From NCBI RefSeq assembly GCF_006345805.1, contig NC_043013.1, positions 56,172,001 to 56,236,000 of the forward strand: a DNA stretch of 64,000 bases, given 5' to 3'. The notes below the pieces were generated by a model that was not told the DNA's origin, made no database searches, and saw only the letters and a program-made list of their open reading frames with translations. The position numbers and the translations under genes are program-made. This document shows, in pieces, positions 63,872 to 64,000 of the stretch. Each line of letters opens with the position of its first letter. Position 1 is the stretch's first letter. The stretch comes from Octopus sinensis (Eukaryota).

Positions 63872-64000
63872 TTCTAAATTTTGGCACAAAGCCAGCAATT
63901 CTGGGGGAGGGGATAGGTTGGTTACATCAACCCCAGTACATAACTGGTACTTATTTTATTGATCATGAAGAGATGAAACCTCAGTGGAATTTGAACCCAG
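63872..64000 (-). mobile_element. SINE family A, partial (runs off the window)
   Basis: ttggcacaaagccagc..ccccagtaca.aactggtactta. Confidence 0.7.

Overview
AT-rich eukaryotic (animal) genomic DNA that looks intronic or intergenic. It is dominated by microsatellites, several tRNA-derived SINE families, 5'-truncated RTE-type LINEs with (TGA/CAT)n tails, and decayed DNA transposons (Tc1, mariner, pogo/Tigger-like, piggyBac-type MITE). The SINE, LINE and MITE families resemble those I associate with octopus (cephalopod) genomes; this is pattern recognition, not a database result. I find no intact, nameable host protein-coding gene, RNA gene or CRISPR array. Most ORFs in the track are microsatellite or transposon artefacts. 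The most unusual locus is 46.3-48.6 kb. It holds a near-perfect 262-bp fold-back palindrome made from the C-terminal coding end of a HERO-like (RLE) non-LTR element. Next to it is a Penelope-like element remnant flanked by about 120-bp inverted repeats that each carry a degenerate hammerhead-like CTGATGA...GAAA core. Other points are nested insertions with clear TSDs, recent tandem duplications, and a series of candidate minus-strand exons that could belong to a long spliced transcript (low confidence). Repeat boundaries were read by eye and are approximate unless TSDs or TIRs are quoted.
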